The notes below the pieces were generated by a model that worked only from the letters and a program-made list of their open reading frames with translations, did no database searches and had not been told where the DNA came from. This document shows, one piece after another, positions 1 through 9,313 of a stretch of DNA of 64,000 bases. Source of the DNA: Thermoproteota archaeon. Lineage in GTDB: Archaea > Korarchaeota > Korarchaeia > Korarchaeales > Korarchaeaceae. A program made the position numbers and the translations under genes. The first letter of the stretch is position 1; each line of letters begins with the position of its first letter. The DNA lies in contig JALSOH010000009.1 in NCBI GenBank assembly GCA_026986575.1, positions 192,001-256,000 on the forward strand. Direction: 5' to 3'.

Positions 1-964
1 TCCAGCAGATAAATGGAATTACCTCCCCTCACATTCAATATCATTTCCAGTTAGATCCCGACCTAAATTTATATTATGAGATGCTATGTCAGGGTGTAAT
101 TTGAATCTTTTTTATCATTTTTAAAAAGACTGCTCGCAATAAAAGCGATGTTGAAAGCAAGCGCGCCTAAAACAGAGCTTCTCCTGACGCTTGCCGCAGT
201 TTCACCCATGTTTCTGAGCTTGTTGATCAAGCTAAAGCCAAACGGTGTGGAGCTACACCCTGAATGGATTTTGCTGTTCCCGATAACGTTGTACCTGCCC
301 AACATGAACCTAGAGGGATTACACAGGATATTCGATATCAGATGGTGCTGGAGGTCAAGGTCATCTTGAGCGAGAAGACCGACCTTTTACCATCCTCATG
401 GCCATCGCGCGCTAATCTACTCCTTGCTGTTGCTTGGTGGCACATAGAACCTGCTAGCGCTCCATAGCAACATGTGAGGAGGTGAGTGGGTAAATTAACG
501 GAGGTGAAGCGCGATTAGATACAATACAGCGAGCTATCGAGGGCATGGAGATCCATACGGGATGATGCTGATCGTTTATCCGTGAGAGGAGCATGGGGGG
601 TAAAGCAAGAGGCTTCCTCTTCCCCCAAACCTTCTACCCCTAGTATCCTCTCCATAGTTGAAGGTAGTTGAAGGTGTGAATCGGTGGAAACTAGTGAAAT
701 GTCTTACCGTTTGTAGGAGGGAACTGGAGGGTGGGTCGTGAGGGAAATCCTCTCGTAGGATCATGCCGGTGGAGCTAGAGGTCATGCTTTCCTCATTCCA
801 GCAGAATAATCCCCCCAGAACCCTTGAAAGCATCGCGCGACCATTATATACCCAAGGAACTCGTGTCCGGAAAGTGTTCGTTTCCGGACATAGTGATAGG
901 CTGGATATCGTGCCTTCCCACCGACTCCGCCTACGCGCGCGCTGCGTGAGGTGACTCCCCTAGG

Positions 965-1125
965 CAGAAAAGGAAAGGAAGTCGAAGTTTTGATGATATT
1001 CGGAATGAGTGGTGGAACGGAAGCTGGTGAACTCACAAGAGGTCGAAGAGGTGAGCAAGTGGATGTGCTCCGACACAACGCGTGCGGTTGATGGATCGCT
1101 GCAGACAACTAGAGAGGAGCTTACC
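965..1125 (+). pseudogene. Decayed copy of a vapB/vapC junction (paralogous to 6036-6290)
   Basis: DNA such as ttgatgatattcggaa...gaggtcgaagaggtgagcaagtggatgtgctccgacacaa closely matches ttgatgatagcattcggaa...gaggtcgaagaggtgggcaaatggatgcgctccttgacacaa at about 6055-6150, with indels and no intact ORF. Confidence 0.65.
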
Positions 1126-1264
1126 TCCAAGTTTACTGGGCTTGATGCTTGATGAGCGTCACTAGTTTATGCAAAGTAAAGTGAGGTAGAAGGAGAAGTG
1201 GATTATGAGGGGTTGGGGGACTAGTGTCACCTCAAGTCACGCATCGCTTATATAATAGTAATAC

Positions 1265-1288
1265 TTACTGTGTACGTAATGACAGTAA
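1265..1288. promoter_or_regulatory. Inverted repeat TTACTGT-n10-ACAGTAA over the antitoxin start; putative autoregulatory operator
   Basis: Seen in sequence, downstream of a TTATAT box at about 1248. Confidence 0.5.
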
Positions 1289-1515
1289 TTACCGTTAGGA
1301 TTGATGATGAGACCAAGAGGATGATGGAGCATATCAGAATAAACTGGAGTGAGTTCATAAGGAGCGCTATAAGGAGTAAGATAATGGAAGAGAGGAGGAG
1401 GAATCTAGCTAAGGCCGTGCTAATAACGGAGAGAGTGAGGAAGAGGAGCAGGGGAGAGGCAAAGGCTGAAGAGATAGTGAGGAGGTTCAGGGATGAGCGA
1501 GGAGGTAGTACTTGA
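1279..1515 (+). CDS. VapB-type (RHH) antitoxin
   Basis: MTVITVRIDDETKRMM...NWSEFIRSAI; overlaps the downstream PIN gene. Confidence 0.8.
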   Translation: MTVITVRIDDETKRMMEHIRINWSEFIRSAIRSKIMEERRRNLAKAVLITERVRKRSRGEAKAEEIVRRFRDERGGST

Positions 1516-1945
1516 CGCAAGCGTCGTGGTGAAGTGGTTCGTGGAGGAAGAAGGGTCTAAGGAAGCCTTAGAGATCAGGGATAGGTACGTGGAAGGAGAA
1601 ATACGGATAATCGCTCCTGAGCTCATCACGTACGAGGTGCTGAACGCCCTCTACTACAAGAGGCTCTTCTCGGAAGATGAGCTAAAACTGATTTCCGAGG
1701 CTCTGGAGGCGTACTCCTTCTCCCTTCATCCTTTAAGGGGGGAGTACGCCAAGAAAGTTGTGGAGGTTTCGTACGAGAACGATATAACCCTGTACGATGC
1801 CTCGTACGTGGCCTTAGCGATCGTCAGGGATACTTTCGCCTATACAGCTGATGAGAAGCTCATACGAAAGTTGGGAAGGGAATATAGAAGGTACGTTAGG
1901 AGATTGGGGGGTGATGCTAGCAAACAGAGATGGAGAACTGTTTAA
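1493..1945 (+). CDS. vapC: PIN-domain toxin (VapC family)
   Basis: VVLDASVVVKWF, YEVLNAL and TLYDASYVALA...TAD PIN motifs. Confidence 0.9.
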   Translation: MSEEVVLDASVVVKWFVEEEGSKEALEIRDRYVEGEIRIIAPELITYEVLNALYYKRLFSEDELKLISEALEAYSFSLHPLRGEYAKKVVEVSYENDITLYDASYVALAIVRDTFAYTADEKLIRKLGREYRRYVRRLGGDASKQRWRTV

Positions 1946-2266
1946 TGGAGGCGTGCGGTACCTGTCAACTTCAGCCATAGTAGGGGATCTCTAAGGTATG
2001 AGTTGAGAGATATTTCTGGCCATCAGAGAGTGAAGCCTGCTTTTTACGACCTATGTTCCCTTAAGCCTTCCGTGCTTGAGCTTAAAAGCAAACCGACGAG
2101 GCTTTGCATACCACTGTAAGAGGAGATAGAGGTCGTGATAAGTGAGTTCCGAGTTTTGTAGGGTGAGTAGATATACATGGTTGGGAGGAGATTGAGGAAC
2201 GTCATTTAAGTCTAGGAGGGCGACTCTATCCCTCGCTGACGTACTTCACGCGCGATCTGAGGGAGC

Positions 2267-2878
2267 CTACCTAATTCGACTTAGCCAGAGGTCTACCTCC
2301 TCCCCTACCTTCTTACGCCCCTTAACGCGCCTCTCCTCCATCTCGCGAAGGTATTCCCTTAATCTACTCACATCAACCATTTCGAGCAGCCGGGGTATGA
2401 TCTCGTCCCTCGCTGGGTACCCGAGATAAATCAGATCGATCAAGGTCTTCTCGGGATCAGAAACCCTTATCCATTCGCCTATCTCGTCCAGATACTTGTA
2501 CTCATACCCGAAGTACATCTTACCCGAGATCCTCCTGAGCACCACCTTGAAACCAGCTACTTGCCTGATGCCCCACCTCACAGTCTTGGACACGTTTGGA
2601 GAGAGCACGGTCACGGCCGTCACCTGGTTCCATGCCCCGTGGAGGAACGCCGCCGAGCCTAATCCAATGTAGGCCCTTGGAATAGCCTTTACAATCATGT
2701 AGGGGGACTTCTTAAAGGTGTAAACTCCCCTCAACAGCTCGACTATCTGCCCTTTCCTTCTCAAATTGTGGATGAGTAGCTTAGCGTAGTCCCTCCCCAC
2801 GACTGCCTCGACAGATCTGAACGTGAAGATTGATGACCTTCTAAGTCTTTCGATGAATTCTGAGTACTTAGTGGGCAA
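2267..2878 (-). CDS. abiEi: AbiEi-like type IV antitoxin / transcriptional regulator
   Basis: N-terminal wHTH (LRRKGQIVELLRGVY), YIGLGSAAFLHG and VSDPEKTLIDL motifs; overlaps the AbiEii gene. Confidence 0.8.
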   Translation of the reverse strand: MPTKYSEFIERLRRSSIFTFRSVEAVVGRDYAKLLIHNLRRKGQIVELLRGVYTFKKSPYMIVKAIPRAYIGLGSAAFLHGAWNQVTAVTVLSPNVSKTVRWGIRQVAGFKVVLRRISGKMYFGYEYKYLDEIGEWIRVSDPEKTLIDLIYLGYPARDEIIPRLLEMVDVSRLREYLREMEERRVKGRKKVGEEVDLWLSRIR

Positions 2879-3503
2879 ATCTCTCCACCTTCCTGACGAC
2901 TGTCTCGAAACTTGGAGGCCTTCCCATCAGGACGATCTCCCTCAATACGGGATAATCGCGTGGAGGTTCCCTTAATAGGGGAAGGATGTGCCTGAGCAGG
3001 TCCTTCACGCTAGCATCCTCGCATAGATCCAAGAGGTAGTATATGTCATATAGATCTCTGGCTTTCCTCCTATTCGCATAGGCATGCACCTTCTCCTCCA
3101 GAAGCGAGCAGGGCGTGAGGGTCTTGACAACGACGGTGCTACCGTCAATCAACCAAAAGTCCCCTTCGATTACTTCTCTCTCCTCGAACATGGGGGAGGC
3201 CTCAAGTTCAACCTCAGCTTCATTGCTGATCCTCAGGTAAAGGACCCTAGAGGGTGTGAGCTTCATCCGAGTGATGTTCAAAGTTGGAGAGAGTATGCTG
3301 GGGATCCTCTCAACGTCTTGGCAGTATATATCCACATCGTACGAGAACCTCTTTCCGCCGTAGATCCTCCATATGGCCGTACCCCCATGAATCACGAAGT
3401 CAACGCCTCTCAACAGTTCCAGTAACAGGACATCCTGCACCTCTGCTATTCTAAGCATGTTGCCCCTCAACACCTTCATTAGAGGGATTTTCCTATACAT
3501 CAC
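2868..3503 (-). CDS. abiEii: AbiEii-family nucleotidyltransferase toxin (type IV TA)
   Basis: HGGTAIWRIYGGKRFSYDVD and EK...R.KARDLYD motifs. Confidence 0.88.
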   Translation of the reverse strand: MMYRKIPLMKVLRGNMLRIAEVQDVLLLELLRGVDFVIHGGTAIWRIYGGKRFSYDVDIYCQDVERIPSILSPTLNITRMKLTPSRVLYLRISNEAEVELEASPMFEEREVIEGDFWLIDGSTVVVKTLTPCSLLEEKVHAYANRRKARDLYDIYYLLDLCEDASVKDLLRHILPLLREPPRDYPVLREIVLMGRPPSFETVVRKVERFAH

Positions 3504-3518
3504 AAATTCATTGACCTA

Positions 3519-3538
3519 GGTTATATTAAATTATAACC
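3519..3538. promoter_or_regulatory. Inverted repeat GGTTATA-n6-TATAACC overlapping the abiEii TATA region
   Basis: Seen in sequence, 16-35 nt upstream of the abiEii start. Confidence 0.5.
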
Positions 3539-4436
3539 CAAATCAACGATAGATGATACGCGCGAATACCGATGTAACCGGATCGCCATCCCCGCTACTG
3601 ATGGGGTTCCTAGAGCTACAAATGTTTCACGAATTGAAGTTGAAAAAAGAGAAGAAAATAGGAATATGCTGCATTATTTCAAAATATCCACGTTTCTCGT
3701 ACCTTTTCTTTTTTCTCTTAACAAACACATGCTCCCTATGCCCTGCTAACACTTGTCTTCGATAACCGGGTCTCCTCTCGTAGCTCGCTTTAGTTAGTTA
3801 TCCCGACAGTATCTAGGATCTTCTGGTATATCTTTTTTCTCACTATTCTCCAGCACTCTGGATATATCTTCCCCTTTCCCTCCCCCTCTCTCATAAGGAA
3901 AGTCTTCATAAGGGCCCCTCCTGTCCTAATAGGCTCATATAGAGGGAGAAAGCCCTTGAGCCTCCTATTATTATACCAATAATGTAGCGAATCCATCAGA
4001 GTGTGAAATCGGGAATCCGTTCTACAGCGCGTCACTCAGGCGGTTGCATTGAACTCGCTTACCTCGCGGCGATGTCGTCATCTCTCTGAAGCCTATACTA
4101 TGCTTAAGCGATAGCAGGCATGGTATGAGGAATTCGCCAGCATATACCTGTACTCCTTTACGTGGCCAATGTAACGCCTTTTAGGGTGGCCTATACTCCT
4201 TGCTCTCCTCTAGCTCTAACTTCACAGGTGTCGCCCTTCTATAGCGGAATTGCACGATCTTGGGTATCTACAGCATTATATCATTCATAACGATCCTCCG
4301 AATCACGAGTAGCGCTGGCTTAGTGTGTTCCCCAGTAATTATAGTAGATACTACCCGGCTCGGATGCAGTGCTCGGTACCACCACTAACCACGCGCGTTA
4401 TCGCGTGCTTAATAACTCTCAACCGTCTTACACCGG

Positions 4437-4670
4437 ATGGAATTCCTAAGGAGGGGGCGGAGCAATTAAAGAAGGAAGCCAGAGAGCCTTCGAGAAGGGC
4501 AATTACAACTTCACTCTCCTGTTTGTAGAGCAGGCCATGCAGTTATACCTTAAATACACTCCGGCAAATCGGTGGGTGACTTCCCCAAGGTACAGGGACT
4601 CGTCCGTTTGTTAGAAGCCCTCTCCTCGGCCTTAGGTGAAAGAGTGATAGCATTCCTGCGCTCGCCTTGA
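4437..4670 (+). pseudogene. Frameshifted HEPN-domain gene
   Basis: Fragments in different frames read MEFLRR / AFEKGNYNFTLLFVEQAMQLYLKY / VGDFPKVQGLVRLLEAL, typical of archaeal HEPN proteins. Confidence 0.7.
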
Positions 4671-4775
4671 AAGATTCGAGAGGGAGATAGAGCCGCTATC
4701 CTCTACTAGTGAGAGGAGGATAGAGGTCCTTAAAGATCTCCATGAGAGGGGAATTGTTACCCAAAATTACCTTTA

Positions 4776-4789
4776 TATACCATGGTATA
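4776..4789. promoter_or_regulatory. Perfect palindrome TATACCATGGTATA at the TA promoter
   Basis: Overlaps the TTTATA box and lies just upstream of the antitoxin GTG at 4802. Confidence 0.6.
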
Positions 4790-4801
4790 CCTTATGCTAC
4801 T

Positions 4802-5053
4802 GTGAGCGTGACCATATCCGTCAAGGTCAGGAAGGATGTTGTCGATCTGGCCGATAAGATGGTGAGGTATGGCATAGCTAGGAGCAGATCTCACGCCATA
4901 AACATCATGATAGAGAGGGGAATATCCCGAGCCAAGGAGGAAGTGGAACGCTGGGAGAGGATATATAGGGACGTTGAGAGATTGAGGAGGGAGGGATACA
5001 GGATAAGAAGGGGTGACCTCTGGAGGCTCCTCCAGGAGGGCAGATCGAGGTGA
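4802..5053 (+). CDS. RHH-type antitoxin (VapB-like)
   Basis: MSVTISVKVRKDVV...SRSHAINIMIERG; GTGA overlap with the PIN gene; start placed after the TATA box. Confidence 0.75.
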   Translation: MSVTISVKVRKDVVDLADKMVRYGIARSRSHAINIMIERGISRAKEEVERWERIYRDVERLRREGYRIRRGDLWRLLQEGRSR

Positions 5054-5457
5054 TGGGGGTGTACGTAGACACCAACGTGATCGTAGCGTTCATGGATGAA
5101 GCAGATCCCAATCACGGGAGAGCAGTAAAGGTGTTGGAGGGTTCCAATAAGGTCTCCTCCTTCCTCACACTCGTTGAACTGGCTTCAGTGTACTCTAGAG
5201 CTGGGTTTAGCGATCCTCAGGCCCTAGCAATATACTCCATGGAGGAGGCTGGGGTGGAGGTCTCAGAGGTAGGGTTTGAGGAGGTCCTCAAGGAGGCATT
5301 CAGGGTGGCTGACAAGATCAGGTTGAAGACCTTAGATTTACTCCATGTAGCCTCCTGCCTCCTGATGGGAGAGAAGGAGTTCCTGACTTTCGATGGTGAC
5401 ATCCTCAAGAAGAGGAAGGAGCTTGAAGGATTGGGGATAGAGGTCATCGGCGCATAG
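5050..5457 (+). CDS. vapC: PIN-domain toxin (VapC family)
   Basis: VYVDTNVIVA, TLVEL, LKTLDLLHVAS and FLTFD motifs. Confidence 0.9.
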   Translation: MMGVYVDTNVIVAFMDEADPNHGRAVKVLEGSNKVSSFLTLVELASVYSRAGFSDPQALAIYSMEEAGVEVSEVGFEEVLKEAFRVADKIRLKTLDLLHVASCLLMGEKEFLTFDGDILKKRKELEGLGIEVIGA

Positions 5458-5573
5458 GTTGGTAAGAGCTAATGTAGAATGGAATATCGCGCGCGATTCC
5501 TCGATGCTCACTCCACCACCATTTTATGGAGAGCTTCGTCCCTTGGACTCGTAGGTTACATATATACCTCTAA

Positions 5574-5800
5574 TCACTTTATTCTCAGATCCAAGAGCTC
5601 GGTAGCCTTCCCTGAGGATATTATATTGGTCAGTAGGAGCCCCAATACGATGAACATCCTTTCCCTGCAGGGATATGGGACGCGCTCCCAGAATATTCTG
5701 AATTCAAGTTCGCCCATTTGTTCCCTCAGCTGTCGGGATATGGGAGGCTATCCTTCTCCAAGACATCCCTGAGTTTCACCGTCAAGACCTCCACTTCCAC
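5574..5800 (-). pseudogene. Possible UPF0175-family antitoxin remnant
   Basis: Short frame reads ...LGLLLTNIISSGKATELLDL*, resembling the ISSGKAAELLG motif; upstream part disrupted. Confidence 0.35.
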
Positions 5801-5921
5801 CGAGTCGTGCAGCCAGCTTTATATCCCTGACTCCAAGAGGAATCAATCACCCGTACCATCCCGTCCTTACCCGCGCCGGACGACCCATCGGCGTGAACAT
5901 CAAACTTTTATCTCTCGGACT

Positions 5922-5937
5922 CATACATGCATGTATG
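5922..5937. promoter_or_regulatory. Perfect 16-bp palindrome CATACATGCATGTATG covering the antitoxin start codon
   Basis: Seen in sequence; TTTTAT box about 25 nt upstream of the ATG. Confidence 0.6.
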
Positions 5938-6156
5938 CCCAAGACGATAACGATATCCGATGATGTTTACGAGGAGTTGAAGAGGATCAAGGGGAGCAGG
6001 AGCTTCTCCGATGTAATAAGGTCTCTCTTGAGGAAGAAAAGCAACGCCGAAATCTTGATGATAGCATTCGGAACGAGGAGCGAAGTGGAAGCCGATGAGC
6101 TCAAGAGAGAGGTCGAAGAGGTGGGCAAATGGATGCGCTCCTTGACACAAGCGTGA
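5935..6156 (+). CDS. vapB: Antitoxin VapB (DUF217-like)
   Basis: MPKTITISDDVYEELKRIKGSRSFSDVIRSLL signature. Confidence 0.85.
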   Translation: MPKTITISDDVYEELKRIKGSRSFSDVIRSLLRKKSNAEILMIAFGTRSEVEADELKREVEEVGKWMRSLTQA

Positions 6157-6503
6157 TAATAGAGGTATTCAGGGGTAATGAAAGGGTGAGAGACCGCCTC
6201 ATTGAGCTTGGCCTGAACTACGGGATCTCTACCGTTACACTATTCGAACTGCACTGTGCCCGTCTGAAGCCTAGGGAGGAGCTCATGCTCGAGAAGCTCC
6301 CCAAGCTTCCGTTTGACGAGGGATCGGCGAAGCTAGCTGGGAACATGTACCGGGACCTGAAGAGCGAGGGACGCATTCCTCCCGCTAAGGACCTCTTCAT
6401 AGCCGCATCCGCGATAGCCCACGATAAGCTGCTCCTGACCCTCGATTCCGACTTCAGGGTATTTGAGAAGTACGGGCTCAGGTCGGAGTTCATTAGGGAA
6501 TGA
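6129..6503 (+). CDS. vapC: PIN-domain toxin (VapC family)
   Basis: LLDTSVII, VTLFEL, DLFIAASA and LTLDSDF motifs. Confidence 0.9.
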   Translation: MDALLDTSVIIEVFRGNERVRDRLIELGLNYGISTVTLFELHCARLKPREELMLEKLPKLPFDEGSAKLAGNMYRDLKSEGRIPPAKDLFIAASAIAHDKLLLTLDSDFRVFEKYGLRSEFIRE

Positions 6504-6537
6504 GGGTTACATACAAGGGTTTTGCGAGGGCGGAAAC

Positions 6538-6960
6538 CTATTTCTCTGGAGTGACTATGCAGGTCTGCCGTTCCGGACCGTCCATCAGGAGGCGGAGGAA
6601 TCTTAGCACCTCCCTTCCCACTATCATCTTCCCTTTTCCCATCAGCGGCGATTCCACGTAGGTCTCGATCCTCTCGTCACCCAGTAGGACGATAGACTTG
6701 GCTGTCCTCATGGGTATTACGCCGGACAGAGATCTGTAAATCCTCCAGTACTTTCTGGGAATCTCACCCACCTCGAAGAACCTGTAAACGTCCTCGGAAA
6801 CGAGTAGAGACCCCTCAAACCCGGTATCAACCATGAAGTCCAGTTCTTGAGGATATTCCTGCAGAAGGACGTTGAGCAATTTCAACCTCAGTCTGGGATA
6901 GGGGACTATCGATTCTCCGTATTTCATACACTCTCCAGCTCTAAAGATCCTCCCAGCCAC
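6538..6960 (-). CDS. Clan AA (retropepsin-like) aspartic protease
   Basis: FMVDTGF catalytic motif and the C-terminal IVGR motif. Confidence 0.8.
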   Translation of the reverse strand: MAGRIFRAGECMKYGESIVPYPRLRLKLLNVLLQEYPQELDFMVDTGFEGSLLVSEDVYRFFEVGEIPRKYWRIYRSLSGVIPMRTAKSIVLLGDERIETYVESPLMGKGKMIVGREVLRFLRLLMDGPERQTCIVTPEK

Positions 6961-7325
6961 TCTAGCTCCCTCCTTGTCCTATCATCCTCCCCGATCTTCA
7001 CGACCAAGGCGTTCCTGATCGGGGGCCTCAGGCCCTTGAGAGCGGATGCAACCTCCTCCAGAGAGTCGAAGAGCCCCACCAGCTTTCCCCTCGCGATCAC
7101 CGCGTACTTGCCCTCTTGCTTCCTCAGCTCTTCCTTGAGGGACTCGTAAGCCAGGTTATTGACATCCTGCTCCGTGATCAGGAGCTTATCCTTCAGGTCG
7201 AGCCACACCCTGACCGCCTCTTCGAACGCCTGGGAAAGGGTCAGCCCTCTCCTGATTGCTTCAGCCTTGAACTCCCTCACCAGCCTTTCGTCCGCGTTCT
7301 TTATCACTAGGGTCATCTGATTCAC
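6924..7325 (-). CDS. RHH + DUF5678-like protein (putative antitoxin partner of the protease)
   Basis: N-terminal RHH (TLVIKNADERLVREFKAEAIRRGLTL), then GKYAVIARGKLVG. Confidence 0.7.
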   Translation of the reverse strand: MNQMTLVIKNADERLVREFKAEAIRRGLTLSQAFEEAVRVWLDLKDKLLITEQDVNNLAYESLKEELRKQEGKYAVIARGKLVGLFDSLEEVASALKGLRPPIRNALVVKIGEDDRTRRELEWLGGSLELESV

Positions 7326-7620
7326 CTAAGTGAATTTGATTACATAGGTAATAAAGGTAATCGCGGTGGTTCGCACGCTCGGTGTAGTTTGAGTGAGCAG
7401 CTTCAGGCTAGGAGGCGACTCTCTTATCCTCACCCACTTTCTCAATGTTTTCTTTCACATTTTTCCTCTTATCCCACGCTCATGGTGTTCGAAAAGGATG
7501 CTAGCTTTGTCAGGATCGGTATAGCGTTCAGAATTAGCCCGAGTCAATGGAGGGTTGCTACACCCACCATGTAAGCTCTCGTGAGGGGAGTGATATCACT
7601 TGTAGCGGCCCGCAATCGCT

Positions 7621-8208
7621 TCATGTCTCCTGCAACCTCTGGGTCCCCTTTCTCTCTCCCCTCACAGGCCTCTTACGAGGCCTCCTCGTGATGACTTTAA
7701 GATTTCTGATTTCTGAGACATCTCTCTTCAAGATCCTCCTCATGATCCCTTTACCTTCCCTCGACAGTTCGTTCCAGCTGATCACCCCGATGAGCCGCTC
7801 TCTTAGGTACTCCCTCTCGATCTCACTGATGGCTTTCCTAACTAGAATAGTGTAACTCCAAGAGAGGACCCTGATTCCCCTCCCTTCCAGCCAGAGGCGG
7901 ATGAGATCTGCCACGAGTTTCGCCTTATCTACCTGCTTAATCACCCTCCTAGGCTTCAGGGTTGTCTTGAACTCGAAAGCGTGGAGCCATGTCATCCCAG
8001 CCTCTTGAAAGAGGACTAGATCTATCTCACCCAGGATCTTCTCATTCTCACCGGATGTGCTGATGGCCGAGATGCTATGCAGGGATCTGTAGCTGGGGAA
8101 GACCATGATGACGGAGTTCCTCATGGGCATCTCATGGAGTACCTCGACCATCCCCTCGACGAGCTTGAGCTCACCATATTGGGTTGAAGCTCTGGTGAGG
8201 ATCTTCAT
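7621..8208 (-). CDS. PD-(D/E)xK superfamily nuclease-like protein
   Basis: GEIDLVL...AFEFK...KQ motif; basic C-terminal tail; start MKILT chosen over the longer ORF (to 8355). Confidence 0.65.
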   Translation of the reverse strand: MKILTRASTQYGELKLVEGMVEVLHEMPMRNSVIMVFPSYRSLHSISAISTSGENEKILGEIDLVLFQEAGMTWLHAFEFKTTLKPRRVIKQVDKAKLVADLIRLWLEGRGIRVLSWSYTILVRKAISEIEREYLRERLIGVISWNELSREGKGIMRRILKRDVSEIRNLKVITRRPRKRPVRGERKGTQRLQET

Positions 8209-8452
8209 CCAACTCGGCCTCAATTGGATGGAATAAAAAGCAAATTGGCCGAAATTATCATGTAGTCGCCTCTCGGTGAAATTACCGGGCAGTCGTTGGA
8301 CTCGCACCCGACATGGACACAGTCCGAGCCCCTGATGCTCGCGCGAATCACGCATTCAGATGAATCCGATCGGTTAGAAGGGGATCCATCCCAGCTTCTC
8401 GGCCATCTCCCGCAAGACAGGATCTACCAGCGAGAGAAACCCGCTGGTTCCC

Positions 8453-9313
8453 TCACCCCCCCCTCTCCCTGCCGCCCAGATCGAGTCTCAAGATCTGAAC
8501 ACTTCTCGTGATGAAATGCTTGAGTATGGTGATCCTGCCCTCAAGCTCCTTCAGCAATGCGGCCAGGGATTCTATCATTTCGTTCCTCCTGAGGGTCTTC
8601 GCCTCACCTTCACTTGGTTTTCCTCTGTACCCCAGATTTCGGAGCAACCTGTACTCCATCTCACTTGGATTCGAAGGCGCCAGGTTTATTATGCCCACGA
8701 ACCTAGAGTAGAATTCCTTGATGCCTCCCATCTCATCCGCGTAGTACTGCTCCAACTTGTCGATCATCCTCAGAGTCCTCTTACAGTCTATGATGGCAGG
8801 TCTAAGCACCACCGCGTAGGAGGTGGAGAGGAAAATACTTAGAACGGTGTAACGCAGATCGAAGAAGGGAGCGCTGTCCAGTATGACGTACTTGAACTTT
8901 GAGTATACCCCGGCTTTCTCAAAGAGCCGCTTAAATATAGATCCAGGTTTCCCAGACTTCCATGCGTCGTCGATGACATCAACGAAATTCTCTCCGGGAG
9001 AGAGGATCCTGAGCGGAATGTCTCCTATCCTAGCAGGGCTCAGGTAGTCGTCCACCAGGATATTCTTCCTATGTTTGATAGAATCCTCGTACATTGCCTC
9101 TAGGGTCATCCTGCCCTCAACTACACGATCGTATGACACATTGTCCATGACAGCTAGGCTAAGACCGGCCGTGGGATCCATGTCCACCAAGAGAATGTCA
9201 TAGGGGTTGACCTTCAGGATCTTGACCAACCAGGCAGCCAGGGCTAGGGAGAGGGTGGTCTTGCCAACGCCGCCTGAGGCGGATATGAAGGATATTATCC
9301 TAGATGATGACAC
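8453..9313 (-). CDS. ParA/MinD-family ATPase
   Basis: Walker A SASGGVGKTT, LLVDMDP (A') and VILDSAP (Walker B). Confidence 0.88.
   Translation of the reverse strand: MSSSRIISFISASGGVGKTTLSLALAAWLVKILKVNPYDILLVDMDPTAGLSLAVMDNVSYDRVVEGRMTLEAMYEDSIKHRKNILVDDYLSPARIGDIPLRILSPGENFVDVIDDAWKSGKPGSIFKRLFEKAGVYSKFKYVILDSAPFFDLRYTVLSIFLSTSYAVVLRPAIIDCKRTLRMIDKLEQYYADEMGGIKEFYSRFVGIINLAPSNPSEMEYRLLRNLGYRGKPSEGEAKTLRRNEMIESLAALLKELEGRITILKHFITRSVQILRLDLGGRERGG
8456..8463. repeat. G8 homopolymer (minus strand) immediately before the ParA stop codon
   Basis: Eight consecutive C on the plus strand. Confidence 0.9.

Noticed and set aside
1-960. Short ORFs at 84-305, 148-369, 264-467, 576-833 and 763-954
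   Set aside because: No recognisable motifs and mutually overlapping; probably decayed or non-coding DNA
3600-4330. ORF 3790-4035 (YWYNNRR) as a transposase remnant, and nearby antitoxin-like fragments
   Set aside because: Similarity too weak; no terminal inverted repeats or DDE motif visible
8209-8355. N-terminal extension of the 244-aa ORF
   Set aside because: Atypical composition; the ATG at 8208 is the more plausible start
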